A stretch of 64,000 bases of DNA from Eubacteriales bacterium (GTDB taxonomy: Bacteria; Bacillota; Clostridia; Oscillospirales; SIG627). Below the pieces are notes generated by a model that saw nothing but the letters and a program-made list of their open reading frames with translations, was not told the DNA's origin and did no database searches. This document shows positions 46,005-55,427 of this stretch, piece after piece. Both the position numbers and the translations under genes were made by a program. Each line of letters starts with the position of its first letter. Position 1 is the stretch's first letter. The stretch is taken from positions 52,735-116,734 of the forward strand of contig JAZQJZ010000037.1 of assembly GCA_045541915.1 (NCBI GenBank). Direction: 5' to 3'.

Positions 46005-46946
46005 ATGAAGGGAGATGCTGCTTTGAAAATACGTCTTTTGGCCTTGCTTATGGTTTTGAGTCTTTTGATGGGAGGCATATTGGGATGCTCCAGTGAGCTC
46101 TCCTCCGATCCGGTCACTGAGCCCGGTCAGGATCAAACTGTAGATACCAAAGAAGAAACCAAGGAAAAAGAAACCCAGATGAATTCTGATCAAGGTACTA
46201 CCACCACAACCACAACGACCACCACAACCACAACGACTACTACAACGGCCGCACCCCCCACCACTACCACCGTGGCAAATGATGTGCTTTCCGGGAAAAG
46301 AGCCTTGTTTGTGGGAGATTCCATTTGCGCCGGCTACGGTGATTCTGCCAAGACCGGATGGGCCGGGCGTATTGCCACCGCCACCGGACTGATCTCCGCA
46401 AATCGCGCGGTCAGCGGAACCTCGGTTTCCGATGTGCGAAAAAGCAAACAGGGGATCATTGTGGATCAGCTCAATCTCAATGCAGAGTTTGATTATGTTG
46501 TGCTCCACGGCGGAGTGAATGACGCTTGGTCCAAAGCAAAAGTGGGAAAAATGAGTGATTCCTGGTCTCCCGCTGATTTTGATACTTCTACCTTTGCCGG
46601 AGGACTGGAAACACTCCTTTATACTGCCATTCAAAAATACGGTGCCAAGGCACGCATCGGTTATCTGATCAATTTCAAAGCACCAAAATGTGAAAAGGGC
46701 TATGTGGCGCAGATGGATGACTATGTGGAAATGACCAAACAGATCTGCGATAAGTGGGGTGTGGCTTATTTTGATATGTATAATCACGATGAGATTACGC
46801 AAAAATTGAAATTTGATACCAAAGCCAATACCAAGGATTACATTCATCCCAACGCCGCCGGCTATGAAATTTTGTATCCCTATATTGCCCAGTTTATGCG
46901 CACCCTTACTCCTTGTGAGCAAGCGGTTCTGGATCGGGTGAAATAA
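46005..46946 (+). CDS. SGNH/GDSL esterase lipoprotein with poly-Thr linker, copy 1
   Basis: Lipobox ILGC, 17-Thr run, FVGDSI, GGVND and DYIHPN motifs. Confidence 0.85.
   Translation: MKGDAALKIRLLALLMVLSLLMGGILGCSSELSSDPVTEPGQDQTVDTKEETKEKETQMNSDQGTTTTTTTTTTTTTTTTTAAPPTTTTVANDVLSGKRALFVGDSICAGYGDSAKTGWAGRIATATGLISANRAVSGTSVSDVRKSKQGIIVDQLNLNAEFDYVVLHGGVNDAWSKAKVGKMSDSWSPADFDTSTFAGGLETLLYTAIQKYGAKARIGYLINFKAPKCEKGYVAQMDDYVEMTKQICDKWGVAYFDMYNHDEITQKLKFDTKANTKDYIHPNAAGYEILYPYIAQFMRTLTPCEQAVLDRVK
46197..46271 (+). repeat. Imperfect ACN trinucleotide run encoding a poly-Thr linker
   Basis: ACTACCACCACAACCACAACG... read directly. Confidence 0.85.
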
Positions 46947-46962
46947 GAAAGAGGACTTTGTT

Positions 46963-47844
46963 ATGAAAAGACGAGCGATTGTTTTCTTTTTGGCCTTTTC
47001 TATGCTTTTTTTATCCCTTGTGGGATGCGGCAGCACCCTCCAGTCTGTTGACACCGGGGAGAACCTGACGGCGACAAAAGAGAATCAAAAAACGCAGGAT
47101 GAAGGCAAAACGGAAGAAAACCAGACAAAAGAGGAGAAAGAAACTGTGGACGAACAAGCACGCGTCGCAGTATGGAAAGAGGCACTTTCCGGGAAAAGAG
47201 CGCTATTTGTGGGCTCTTCTACCTGCGCCGGCTACGGTGACAGTAAGAATAAGGGCTGGTCAGGACGAATTGCCGATGCCGCAGGACTTGTAGTTGTTAA
47301 CCAAGCTGTGAGCGGCACGTCTGTATCCGACATTCGCAAGCCAAAGCAGGGAATTATCACCACCCAGCTTCAAGCGGATGGAGAGTTTGATTACATTATG
47401 CTCAACGGCGGTCGGAACGATGCCTGGTCCAAAGCAAAGGTGGGAAAAATGAGCGATGCCTGGTCTCCCGAGGCGTTTGATACCTCCACTTTTGCCGGAG
47501 GACTGGAAACCTTGATCTATACTGCGATCAAGACCTATGGGGACAAGGCGTGCATTGGCTTTTTGATCGATTTTAGGGCGCCTAAGTGTGACAAAGGCTA
47601 CGTTGCCCAGATGCATGAATATGTGAATATGACAAAAAAGATCTGTGACAAGTGGCAGATCTCCTACTTGGATATGTATAACCACAAGGAAATCGCTAAA
47701 AAACTACAGTTCCATACCCTTCGTTATACCAATGACTATATTCATCCCACCGATGGCGGCTATGAAATTTTGTATCCCTATATCGCCGATTATATGTGCA
47801 CAATGACACCCTGTTCGCAAGAGATTCTGGATCGGGTAAGATAA
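46963..47844 (+). CDS. SGNH/GDSL esterase lipoprotein, copy 2
   Basis: Lipobox LVGC, FVGSST, GGRND and DYIHPT; long blocks identical to copy 1. Confidence 0.85.
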   Translation: MKRRAIVFFLAFSMLFLSLVGCGSTLQSVDTGENLTATKENQKTQDEGKTEENQTKEEKETVDEQARVAVWKEALSGKRALFVGSSTCAGYGDSKNKGWSGRIADAAGLVVVNQAVSGTSVSDIRKPKQGIITTQLQADGEFDYIMLNGGRNDAWSKAKVGKMSDAWSPEAFDTSTFAGGLETLIYTAIKTYGDKACIGFLIDFRAPKCDKGYVAQMHEYVNMTKKICDKWQISYLDMYNHKEIAKKLQFHTLRYTNDYIHPTDGGYEILYPYIADYMCTMTPCSQEILDRVR

Positions 47845-47854
47845 AAAAGGAAAG

Positions 47855-47895
47855 AAAAGACGGAGTTTTCATTTTGGAAAATTCCGTCTTTTTTT
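47855..47895 (+). terminator. Intrinsic terminator
   Basis: AAAAGACGGAGTTTTC...GAAAATTCCGTCTTTTTTT. Confidence 0.8.
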
Positions 47896-47964
47896 GTTGC
47901 AAAGGGGAGAGATTTGTGGTACAATAAACGCGTTTTGTAATACGAAAGGATCCTTGTTTTTTTT

Positions 47965-49335
47965 ATGGATAAAAAGAAAGAACTGTTTGAAACCATGCCG
48001 GTGCCAAAGGCATTGGCAACGCTTGCCATCCCCACCATCATCAGCCAGCTGATCAGTATGATCTATAACCTGGCGGATACCTTCTTCATCGGAATGACCA
48101 ATGACCCTTATAAGGTGGCTTCTTCCACCCTTGCCTTTGTTTTGTTTTTTGTGATGGCCTCCCTTTCCAACCTGTTCGGTGTTGGCGGCGGAAGCTTGAT
48201 TTCCCGTCTCTTGGGGCAGCAAAAGCCCCAGGAAGCAAAAAAAGTATCCTCCTTTAGCTTTTACGGAACCATCTTTGTTACCCTGCTGTATTCCGGCCTT
48301 TGTCTGTTCTGTATGGATGGGGTGCTTCATATGGTGGGCGCCAGTGAATTTACATATGACTATGCCGCCTCCTACACCTTTTGGGTGGTGATCATCGGCG
48401 GTGTGCCGGCCACACTCAGCATGGCTCTTTCCCATCTTTTGCGTAGTGAAGGGTATGCCAAGCAGGCCAGCTTTGGTCTTGGAATGGGCGGCGTGATCAA
48501 TATCATTTTAGACCCTGTCTTTATGTTTTTCATTCTTCCGGATGGTCAGGAGGTGGCTGGTGCCGCCATTGCCACCTGTCTTTCCAATGTGATCTCTTTG
48601 GTCTATTTTCTGATCGTGATTGCGTCCCTTCGCGGAAAAACGGTGCTTTCTCTTTCTCCTCGGTATTTCATTCCCGGTTTTTCTTATGTGAAAAGGATTC
48701 TTGCCATTGGAATCCCCTCTGCTTTGGGAAGTCTTCTTGCCAGTATTTCCAATATGTTTTTAAATCAGTTTTCCTCCTCTTACGGAGATGTGGAATTGGC
48801 AGCCCTTGGCATTGTGAAAAAAATTGATATGCTTCCCTTGAATGTAGGTATGGGTCTGTGCCAGGGTATGCTTCCTTTGGTGGCATACAACTATGCCTCC
48901 GGCAACCAGGAGCGTATGAAGAAGGTGATCTCCACCTGCCGCTTTGCCGGAATGGCCTTTGCCGGCATTTGCGTATTCTTTTTTGAAATTTTTTCCCGTT
49001 CGATCGTTTCCTTTTTCATTCAGGAAGTTACCACAGTCTCTTACGGCGAGATCTTTCTGCGCATTTGCTGTCTCGCCACGCCCTTGATGTTCTATAATCT
49101 TCTTGCCACCTTCTCCTTGCAGGCCATGGGAAAGGGAAGAGAATCTTTAATTCTGTCCATTTGTCGTCAAGGCCTTGTGAACATTCCCTTGCTATTTTTC
49201 ATGAATGCCCTTTTCGGACTTTACGGTGTGGTTTCCACCCAGCTTTTGGCCGATGGAATCACCATGATCATTTCCACTCTTTTGACCAAAAAAGTGTTTC
49301 GGGAATTAAAAGAATTGGAAACAGCGGAAGGATAG
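47965..49335 (+). CDS. MATE family efflux transporter
   Basis: LAIPTI...YNLADTFFIG, NIILDP, GAAIAT and YNY motifs; about 12 TM segments. Confidence 0.93.
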   Translation: MDKKKELFETMPVPKALATLAIPTIISQLISMIYNLADTFFIGMTNDPYKVASSTLAFVLFFVMASLSNLFGVGGGSLISRLLGQQKPQEAKKVSSFSFYGTIFVTLLYSGLCLFCMDGVLHMVGASEFTYDYAASYTFWVVIIGGVPATLSMALSHLLRSEGYAKQASFGLGMGGVINIILDPVFMFFILPDGQEVAGAAIATCLSNVISLVYFLIVIASLRGKTVLSLSPRYFIPGFSYVKRILAIGIPSALGSLLASISNMFLNQFSSSYGDVELAALGIVKKIDMLPLNVGMGLCQGMLPLVAYNYASGNQERMKKVISTCRFAGMAFAGICVFFFEIFSRSIVSFFIQEVTTVSYGEIFLRICCLATPLMFYNLLATFSLQAMGKGRESLILSICRQGLVNIPLLFFMNALFGLYGVVSTQLLADGITMIISTLLTKKVFRELKELETAEG

Positions 49336-49361
49336 AAGAAAGAAACAGGAGGCCTTTTGGC

Positions 49362-49943
49362 TTATGCCAGAAGGTCTCCCATTTTTTCGAAGTAATAGAA
49401 ATGATCCTGGATCTGAACGGTATAATACCAGGCATCTCCGTTCTTATTTGCCTGGAGGTAACGATTGTCCTTTCGTTCCAGTTGGGCCCGTCTGCCCCAC
49501 CAGCCGGAGGGGAGAGCATCGTAGGAATAGTAAAATCCGTTTTGCACCCCGTCATCCGATTCTCTGGTAAAGCTGAAGATCACATTTCTTCTGGAATCGG
49601 AGGCGGTCTGAAAGAAGATTACCTCAAAGCCAAAGGTGGAAAGGGCTTCTTCCAAAATCTCATTTTCGATCTCGGTCCGATCGTCACTTTCCTTTTCAAA
49701 GGAAACCAGCCGGGTTTCACCGGTCACTGTTTGCCATTCCTCCGTTTCTTCCTGCTCCAGCGCCACGTAAATCCGCTCCAGATGGAAAGATTCCATTTCC
49801 TCCACGCACCGAGTAAAAAGCTCGGTGTTTTCTTTTACTATCGCGATAACAAGATTGGCGCTTTGGTGGGAGGGGACATCTCCCCGGCAGGCAGAGAGAA
49901 AAAGAAGGGACAAAAGGAGTAAAAGGGAACAGAGCCTTCGCAT
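49362..49943 (-). CDS. Hypothetical lipoprotein
   Basis: MRRLCSLLLLLSLLFLSAC lipobox; start overlaps the upstream stop codon. Confidence 0.7.
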   Translation of the reverse strand: MRRLCSLLLLLSLLFLSACRGDVPSHQSANLVIAIVKENTELFTRCVEEMESFHLERIYVALEQEETEEWQTVTGETRLVSFEKESDDRTEIENEILEEALSTFGFEVIFFQTASDSRRNVIFSFTRESDDGVQNGFYYSYDALPSGWWGRRAQLERKDNRYLQANKNGDAWYYTVQIQDHFYYFEKMGDLLA

Positions 49944-50683
49944 TATCCTTCCCTCCCGTACGGCAAGATACCGGTTTCGTAAAGGTGTTTGCACTCCGGT
50001 GTTTTTTCTCCGTTTTCATCTTGAATCACAAAGACCGGCCTTGTTTTCAAATCCGGCTTTGCTCCTTTGACGCCGCGTACCAGAATCAAACTGGGAGCAT
50101 CACCTGGCTTGGGAGTGACCAGAACCAGATCCTTTGGCTCAATTTGATGCTTCTGCATGGCAGAAAACAATTCGGCCATCCGACCAAACCGATAAACGCA
50201 GAAAAATTCTCCTTTGTCTTGCAAGAGGGAGGATGCCGCACCGCAAACGTCCTGAATGTCGCAAAAGATCTCGTGCCGGGCAATGCGCTTTTTTTCATTT
50301 TCATTCACTGCACCGGAGCTTGTTTTCATATAAGGTGGATTGGAAAACACAAAATCACAGGTACCGGGAATGATTTTTTTCGCTTCCTTAAGGTCGCCCT
50401 GGATTACCTCCACCTTTTGGTCAAATCCGTTGAGAGAAAGGTTTTCCCGAGCCAGAAGCGCATATTCCGGCTGGATCTCCAGTGCCCAGATCTTCTTAAA
50501 TTCCTTGTGAATGGAAAGCAGAATGGGAATGATGCCGGTTCCGGTCCCCAATTCCACTCCCACCTTGCCCTTTCGGCAACGGATAAAACCGGACAATAGC
50601 ACTGCATCGGTACCGAAGGAAAAACCGTCGGTAAACTGGTAAAGAGAGTGGTTTTCGTCCAGGGTGTGGAGTACCTTAGCCAT
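49943..50683 (-). CDS. tRNA1(Val) A37 N6-methyltransferase-like (YabB/TrmN6)
   Basis: FGTDAVLL, ELGTGTG, NPPY and ARHE motifs. Confidence 0.88.
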   Translation of the reverse strand: MAKVLHTLDENHSLYQFTDGFSFGTDAVLLSGFIRCRKGKVGVELGTGTGIIPILLSIHKEFKKIWALEIQPEYALLARENLSLNGFDQKVEVIQGDLKEAKKIIPGTCDFVFSNPPYMKTSSGAVNENEKKRIARHEIFCDIQDVCGAASSLLQDKGEFFCVYRFGRMAELFSAMQKHQIEPKDLVLVTPKPGDAPSLILVRGVKGAKPDLKTRPVFVIQDENGEKTPECKHLYETGILPYGREG

Positions 50684-50777
50684 AAGAAGTCCTTTCTGAT
50701 TGGATTTTCATATCTTGACTTGAAAAAGAATTGTTTTTATGCTACCATAGAACCAGAATTTTCAAAGGAGATTTTCC

Positions 50778-51488
50778 ATGGAAAAAATTTATACCATTCC
50801 CGTTAACGAGGCCTTTGACGAGAGCGGCTCCTGTCCCTTTTGCCGTATGAGAAAAAAGCTGGAGGAGAACGAGATCGATCTGGTTTTGGGTGCCTCCATG
50901 ATGGAGCCGGACATTCGGATTCAAACCAATGAAAAGGGCTTTTGCGGAACCCATTTCAAGCAGATGTACGAAGCACAAAAAAGGCTTCCCCTGGCACTGA
51001 TGCTGGAAAGTCATCTGGATCTGATGAAAAAGGAATGCGCCACACCGAAAATTTCCTTGAAGGACAAATTGGTGACCGTTTCCGATCACACCGAGTCCTT
51101 CTGCAAAACCTGCTATGTATGCGAGCGGGTGGAATTTCACTGGGGAAAAATGTTCGAAACCGCTTGCCTTCTTTGGGAGATGGATATTGAGTTTCGCCAC
51201 AAAATGGAAAAGCAGACCTATTTTTGTATGCCATGTTATACCCGTTTTTTGAAAACGGCAAAGCATTTCGTTTCCAAAAAGAAGCTTCCCGACTTTCTGG
51301 ACGCGGCACAATCCGTTCAGATGAAGTATCTGGAGGATTTAAAGAGCGATATTTCTCATTTTTGCAGAAAATTCGATTATCGCTTCCACGATGAGCCCTG
51401 GGGCAATGCCAAGAATTCGGTGGAGAGAGCCGTTCGTTTTCTCTCCGGAGAAGCCAGTTTACCGCCATCCAAAGAGGAAAATAACTGA
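50778..51488 (+). CDS. Conserved Cys-rich clostridial protein (DUF6062-like)
   Basis: CPFC, GFCGTH, CYVC, FC.PC and KFDYR motifs. Confidence 0.7.
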   Translation: MEKIYTIPVNEAFDESGSCPFCRMRKKLEENEIDLVLGASMMEPDIRIQTNEKGFCGTHFKQMYEAQKRLPLALMLESHLDLMKKECATPKISLKDKLVTVSDHTESFCKTCYVCERVEFHWGKMFETACLLWEMDIEFRHKMEKQTYFCMPCYTRFLKTAKHFVSKKKLPDFLDAAQSVQMKYLEDLKSDISHFCRKFDYRFHDEPWGNAKNSVERAVRFLSGEASLPPSKEENN

Positions 51489-51515
51489 TTTTTTGCAGAT
51501 TGTAAAAAATACGAC

Positions 51516-51613
51516 TTTTTCACATCCGATTGTGGATATAAGGGAAAAAAAGGCTGATTTTTAAGCACTTTTTCACATTTCCCACAGAGTTTTCCACAGC
51601 AAATTGTGGAAAA
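51516..51613. promoter_or_regulatory. DnaA-box cluster between convergent genes
   Basis: TTTTTCACA (51516), TGTGGATAT (51531), TTTTTCACA (51569), TTTCCCACA (51578), TTTTCCACA (51590), TGTGGAAAA (51605). Confidence 0.6.
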
Positions 51614-51627
51614 GAAGTTTTATTTCT

Positions 51628-52641
51628 TTAAAATTTGAAGTGAAAGGGAGAAGTGGCAAAGGCATTTAAACTCTCGTCTGCCAGAATCCCGGCCTTGAAA
51701 TTGTAATAGGCTTGAGCGGCGATCATGGCCCCGTTGTCTCCGCAAAGGGAAGGGGACGGCAAAAACAAGGTGGCACCGCACTTTTTGCAGACTTCTTCCG
51801 CTGTTTTTCGAATGTGACTGTTGGCGGCGACCCCGCCGGCCAAAATCAGCTTTTGATGAGAAAATGCCGTTAGGGCATGCTCCAAACGGGAAGAGATTCC
51901 GGCGCAAACCGCTTTGGTAAAGGAGGCCGCCAGATCCTCCGGCACGATTTCTTCTCCGGTTTGCTTTTTGTTGTGAACGTAGTTGATCACGGCAGTTTTC
52001 AGCCCGGAAAAGGTAAAGTCAAAATCGTGATCTCGAATGGAGGCCGGGGGAAAATAGATGGCATCCGGATTTCCAATGGCCGCCAGACGGTCCATTTCCT
52101 TTCCGCCGGGATAACCGATTCCCAAAACTCTTGCCGCCTTGTCAAACGCTTCTCCGGCGGCATCGTCCCGTGTGGCACCCACCAGGGAAAAATCCGTGTA
52201 GCTTTTCACTTCCACAAGAGAGGTGTGCCCACCGCTCATCACCAGAGCCAGAAAAGGCGGCTCCAGGTTCGGGTGCTCAAGGTACAGGGCAGAAATATGC
52301 CCTTCAATGTGATTGACGGGAATCAGTGGCTTGTTTTTTGCCAGAGCCAGAGATTTTGCAAAATTGACTCCCACCAAAAGGGCTCCGATCAAGCCGGGGC
52401 GGTTGGTGACGCCGATGGCGTCAATGTCATCGTAGGTAAGACCGGCATCGGAAAGGGCTTTTTCGCAGACGGTGCAAATGGCTTCTGTGTGAGCGCGGCT
52501 GGCAATCTCTGGGACCACACCTCCATATCGGTGATGAATGTCGATTTGGGAAAGAACCACGTCGGATAAAACGCGCCGACCATCTTCCACCACCGCAGCA
52601 GCGGTTTCATCGCAGGAGGATTCAAAGGCTAAAATTTTCAT
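51628..52641 (-). CDS. tsaD: tRNA N6-threonylcarbamoyltransferase
   Basis: ESSCDET, GGVVPEIASRAH, HIEGH, SGGHT, DDAAGEAFDK and DNGAMIA motifs. Confidence 0.97.
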   Translation of the reverse strand: MKILAFESSCDETAAAVVEDGRRVLSDVVLSQIDIHHRYGGVVPEIASRAHTEAICTVCEKALSDAGLTYDDIDAIGVTNRPGLIGALLVGVNFAKSLALAKNKPLIPVNHIEGHISALYLEHPNLEPPFLALVMSGGHTSLVEVKSYTDFSLVGATRDDAAGEAFDKAARVLGIGYPGGKEMDRLAAIGNPDAIYFPPASIRDHDFDFTFSGLKTAVINYVHNKKQTGEEIVPEDLAASFTKAVCAGISSRLEHALTAFSHQKLILAGGVAANSHIRKTAEEVCKKCGATLFLPSPSLCGDNGAMIAAQAYYNFKAGILADESLNAFATSPFHFKF

Positions 52642-53096
52642 AAATCAGTTTCCTTCATGTTTAAATGAATTTGATATAAAATGGCGTTTTCCGTGGGATC
52701 GGAATAGTAGTTTTTCCGTAGGCCCATCTGGGAAAACCCAACCTTTTGGTACAGGCTGCGGGCGGCAAGGTTTCCCTCTCTTACTTCCAGGAAAAAATCC
52801 TCTGCCCCTTGTAGGGAACCTTCTTTCAGAACGAAGGTGATCAAATGAGTTCCAAGCCCCTTTTTTTGGGCATTCGGATGGATCCCAATGCGCAAAATCT
52901 CGCCCTCCCCGACAACGAGCGTGGTCAGGGCATATCCCTTCAAAATCCCGTTTTCCAGGCACACTGCTCCTTTTGCATGAGGCTGGGAAAAAAAGGAGGT
53001 TAAGGCATCTGCCTTCCAGGGATCGGAAAATAAGATCTGTTCCAATTCTGCAATGGAAGGAATGTGACAGGGCGTTAAGGGAAGAATTTCAATCAT
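52638..53096 (-). CDS. rimI: Ribosomal-protein alanine N-acetyltransferase
   Basis: GNAT fold with QKKGLG, LEVREGN..A..LY and RKNYY motifs; directly upstream of tsaD. Confidence 0.88.
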   Translation of the reverse strand: MIEILPLTPCHIPSIAELEQILFSDPWKADALTSFFSQPHAKGAVCLENGILKGYALTTLVVGEGEILRIGIHPNAQKKGLGTHLITFVLKEGSLQGAEDFFLEVREGNLAARSLYQKVGFSQMGLRKNYYSDPTENAILYQIHLNMKETDL

Positions 53097-53529
53097 GGAT
53101 GACTCCTTTTTCCACCAGGCACAAAAGCCCCTCCAGGATCTGTTCTGCCGCTTTTTGATAAACGGTAAAATTCCCTCCAAAGGGATCGCCCACACCGCCG
53201 GGAATGGTAACGGTTTTTCCTTTGACGCCGAAGGCCTGCAAAAGGAGCCTTTCGTGATCTTCTGTCATGGCGACAATAAGGTCAAAGGAATCCAAATCCT
53301 CCTTTGTAACTCTTTTCGCCTTGTGATCGAAATTTGAAATCTGATAAACCTTCTCCAATACGTCCTTTGCGGTCCGGCACATATCAGAACCGGGCACAGC
53401 ATAGATCCCGGCAGAGTCGCAGAAAAGGGAAAGCCCCTTTTTTTCGCTAAGAGATTGCATCAGTGCCTGCGCCATAGGAGAACGGCAGGTGTTGCCGGTA
53501 CATACAAACAGTATTCGCAATGTTTTCAC
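53089..53529 (-). CDS. LMW phosphatase, YwlE-like protein-arginine phosphatase
   Basis: FVCTGNTCRSPMA (Thr typical of the YwlE group) and DPFGG. Confidence 0.82.
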   Translation of the reverse strand: MKTLRILFVCTGNTCRSPMAQALMQSLSEKKGLSLFCDSAGIYAVPGSDMCRTAKDVLEKVYQISNFDHKAKRVTKEDLDSFDLIVAMTEDHERLLLQAFGVKGKTVTIPGGVGDPFGGNFTVYQKAAEQILEGLLCLVEKGVIHD

Positions 53530-53594
53530 CTCAAGTGGTATTTTAACACAAGAAAATCAAAATTACAATTCCAAGTTGATAGAAGGAGAAGAAA

Positions 53595-54731
53595 ATGAAG
53601 AAAAAAGAAATTGCCATCCTTTGTTCCCTTTTGGCGGTGGTTCTTCTTTTGGGCGGCGTTTTTGTGTTTGCGCTTCGCTTTTATCTGGGCAAGGGACTTT
53701 CGGAGCTGGTCCGGCTGGAAGGGGAGTATTCCTATAACGGAAAGCTTCTGCTTTCGGAAGAGAAGGAGAGTGCGCTGCTTTACGAGCCCTTCAACAGAGA
53801 AATTTTTAGGGAGATCAAGCTGGAGCAGGTGGATCTTTCTCCTTTCGGCTTTGACGGAAGAATTTTTTCTTACTATAAGGTGGAATTGGAAAAGGATTAC
53901 GGAATCGTACTGACCAATTTTTATCCTGTGGAATCTTCTTATGAGCCCTTCTGGCCGGTTTGCGGCCCGGAGCGGTTTGTCTATATTGCCGAGGACGGAA
54001 AGAAATATAACATTCATCCCAAGGAGAATCTGTGCTATCCTATGTTTGCCGATTCCATTGAGGGAGTCGATCCCTTTGGGCAAAATGTAGTTGCATTTTC
54101 CGCCAATTCCGATTATGCCATTTCCTTGGACGGAACCGATGTAACCGTCTATCGCACCGATCCTTCCTCAAATAGCCTCCGGGTGGTGTCCGTGCAGACC
54201 GTTTCCTTTGCCGAATACGGAAGCAATCTTCGCTTTGGCGCCTTTGTGGGCAATTCGCAAGCCTATTTTTCAGTCAGTGGAAAAGAGGGAGAATATTATG
54301 TTGCCTTGGATTGCAATGGCGGCAAAACAGCCAAGACTGCGCTGGATCTAAAGGGCAGTTACGGCCCGGCTCTCAATCGCCTTTATGCCCAGAGACTGGA
54401 CATAGAAAACGAAGGAGATAAGGACTTGATCCTCCATTGGAATCACTTGCTTTTGGGAAGTGTCTTTTCCGGTCCGGAATTGAAGGGCTTTTCTCAAGGC
54501 GAGATCTTTTCCGTATCTCCCCGGGGTGGCTATGCCGTTGCCCGCGTTCAGGGAGAGGGAAAGGAAGAGGTTTTGGTTATGAGTGAAAAAAGAGCCTTTT
54601 CTGTCACCTCTGTGCTGCCTGAAAATGAGACGGTGCAAAAGGTGGACTTCATTTATGAAAATATTATGGCGGTGTCACTTTTAAACCGCGAAGGCGAAGC
54701 TTCTGTTCGCGTGTTTAAGATCTGCTTTTGA
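53595..54731 (+). CDS. Membrane-anchored hypothetical protein, beta-rich
   Basis: N-terminal TM and an AGGAG RBS; no recognisable catalytic motif. Confidence 0.7.
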   Translation: MKKKEIAILCSLLAVVLLLGGVFVFALRFYLGKGLSELVRLEGEYSYNGKLLLSEEKESALLYEPFNREIFREIKLEQVDLSPFGFDGRIFSYYKVELEKDYGIVLTNFYPVESSYEPFWPVCGPERFVYIAEDGKKYNIHPKENLCYPMFADSIEGVDPFGQNVVAFSANSDYAISLDGTDVTVYRTDPSSNSLRVVSVQTVSFAEYGSNLRFGAFVGNSQAYFSVSGKEGEYYVALDCNGGKTAKTALDLKGSYGPALNRLYAQRLDIENEGDKDLILHWNHLLLGSVFSGPELKGFSQGEIFSVSPRGGYAVARVQGEGKEEVLVMSEKRAFSVTSVLPENETVQKVDFIYENIMAVSLLNREGEASVRVFKICF

Positions 54732-54736
54732 GGAAT

Positions 54737-55393
54737 ATGAAACGTTTTTTCTTTTTTGATCTGGACGGAACGCTGACCGATCCCGGCGTCGGCATTACCA
54801 ATTCCGTGATGTATGCCCTCCGAAGTTATGGCATCGAGGAGACAAGCCGGGAAAAGCTCTATCCTTTCATCGGCCCGCCTTTGGTGGATTCCTTTCAAAA
54901 ATACTATGGTTTTTCCAAGGAACAAGGTCACGAGGCCACCCGACGCTTTCAGGAATATTTTTCCCAAAAGGGCTTGTTTGAAAATGAACTGTACCGGGGG
55001 ATTCCCCAACTGCTCAAGCATCTGAAGGAACAAGGCAAAAAGGTGATCCTTGCTACCTCGAAGCCGGAAGTATTTGCCCAGCAGATCGTGGAGCACTTTG
55101 AACTGACCCCTTATATTGACTTGGTTTGCGGCGCTACGATGGATGAGAAGGAGCGCTATGAAAAAAAGGATGTGATCCGGTATGCCATCCAATCCTCCGG
55201 TGCCGATCCTCTTGCATCCGTGATGATTGGAGATCGGAAATTTGATATTTTGGGCGGCAAGCATTTCGGTATGAACACCGTGGGTGTTCTTTACGGCTAC
55301 GGAAGCCGCGAGGAATTGGAGCAGGCAGGAGCAGACTGCATTTGCGAAACCGTTTTGGAATTGGAACGGGCTTTGTTGGAAGAGGAAAAATAA
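54737..55393 (+). CDS. HAD-family hydrolase
   Basis: FDLDGTL, FIGPPL, ATSKP and MIGDRKFD motifs. Confidence 0.9.
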   Translation: MKRFFFFDLDGTLTDPGVGITNSVMYALRSYGIEETSREKLYPFIGPPLVDSFQKYYGFSKEQGHEATRRFQEYFSQKGLFENELYRGIPQLLKHLKEQGKKVILATSKPEVFAQQIVEHFELTPYIDLVCGATMDEKERYEKKDVIRYAIQSSGADPLASVMIGDRKFDILGGKHFGMNTVGVLYGYGSREELEQAGADCICETVLELERALLEEEK

Positions 55394-55427
55394 AACCGCG
55401 TCTTCAAACGCGGAAAAGGAGAACAAA

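Noticed and set aside
45771-47054. Apparent N-terminal extension making an 833-aa aminotransferase fusion
   Set aside because: The extension is antisense to the SGNH lipoprotein genes and crosses an intergenic promoter region. The aminotransferase has its own RBS and start at 45770.
51489-51627. Chromosomal origin oriC
   Set aside because: DnaA boxes are present, but there is no dnaA/dnaN/rpmH context or evident unwinding element.
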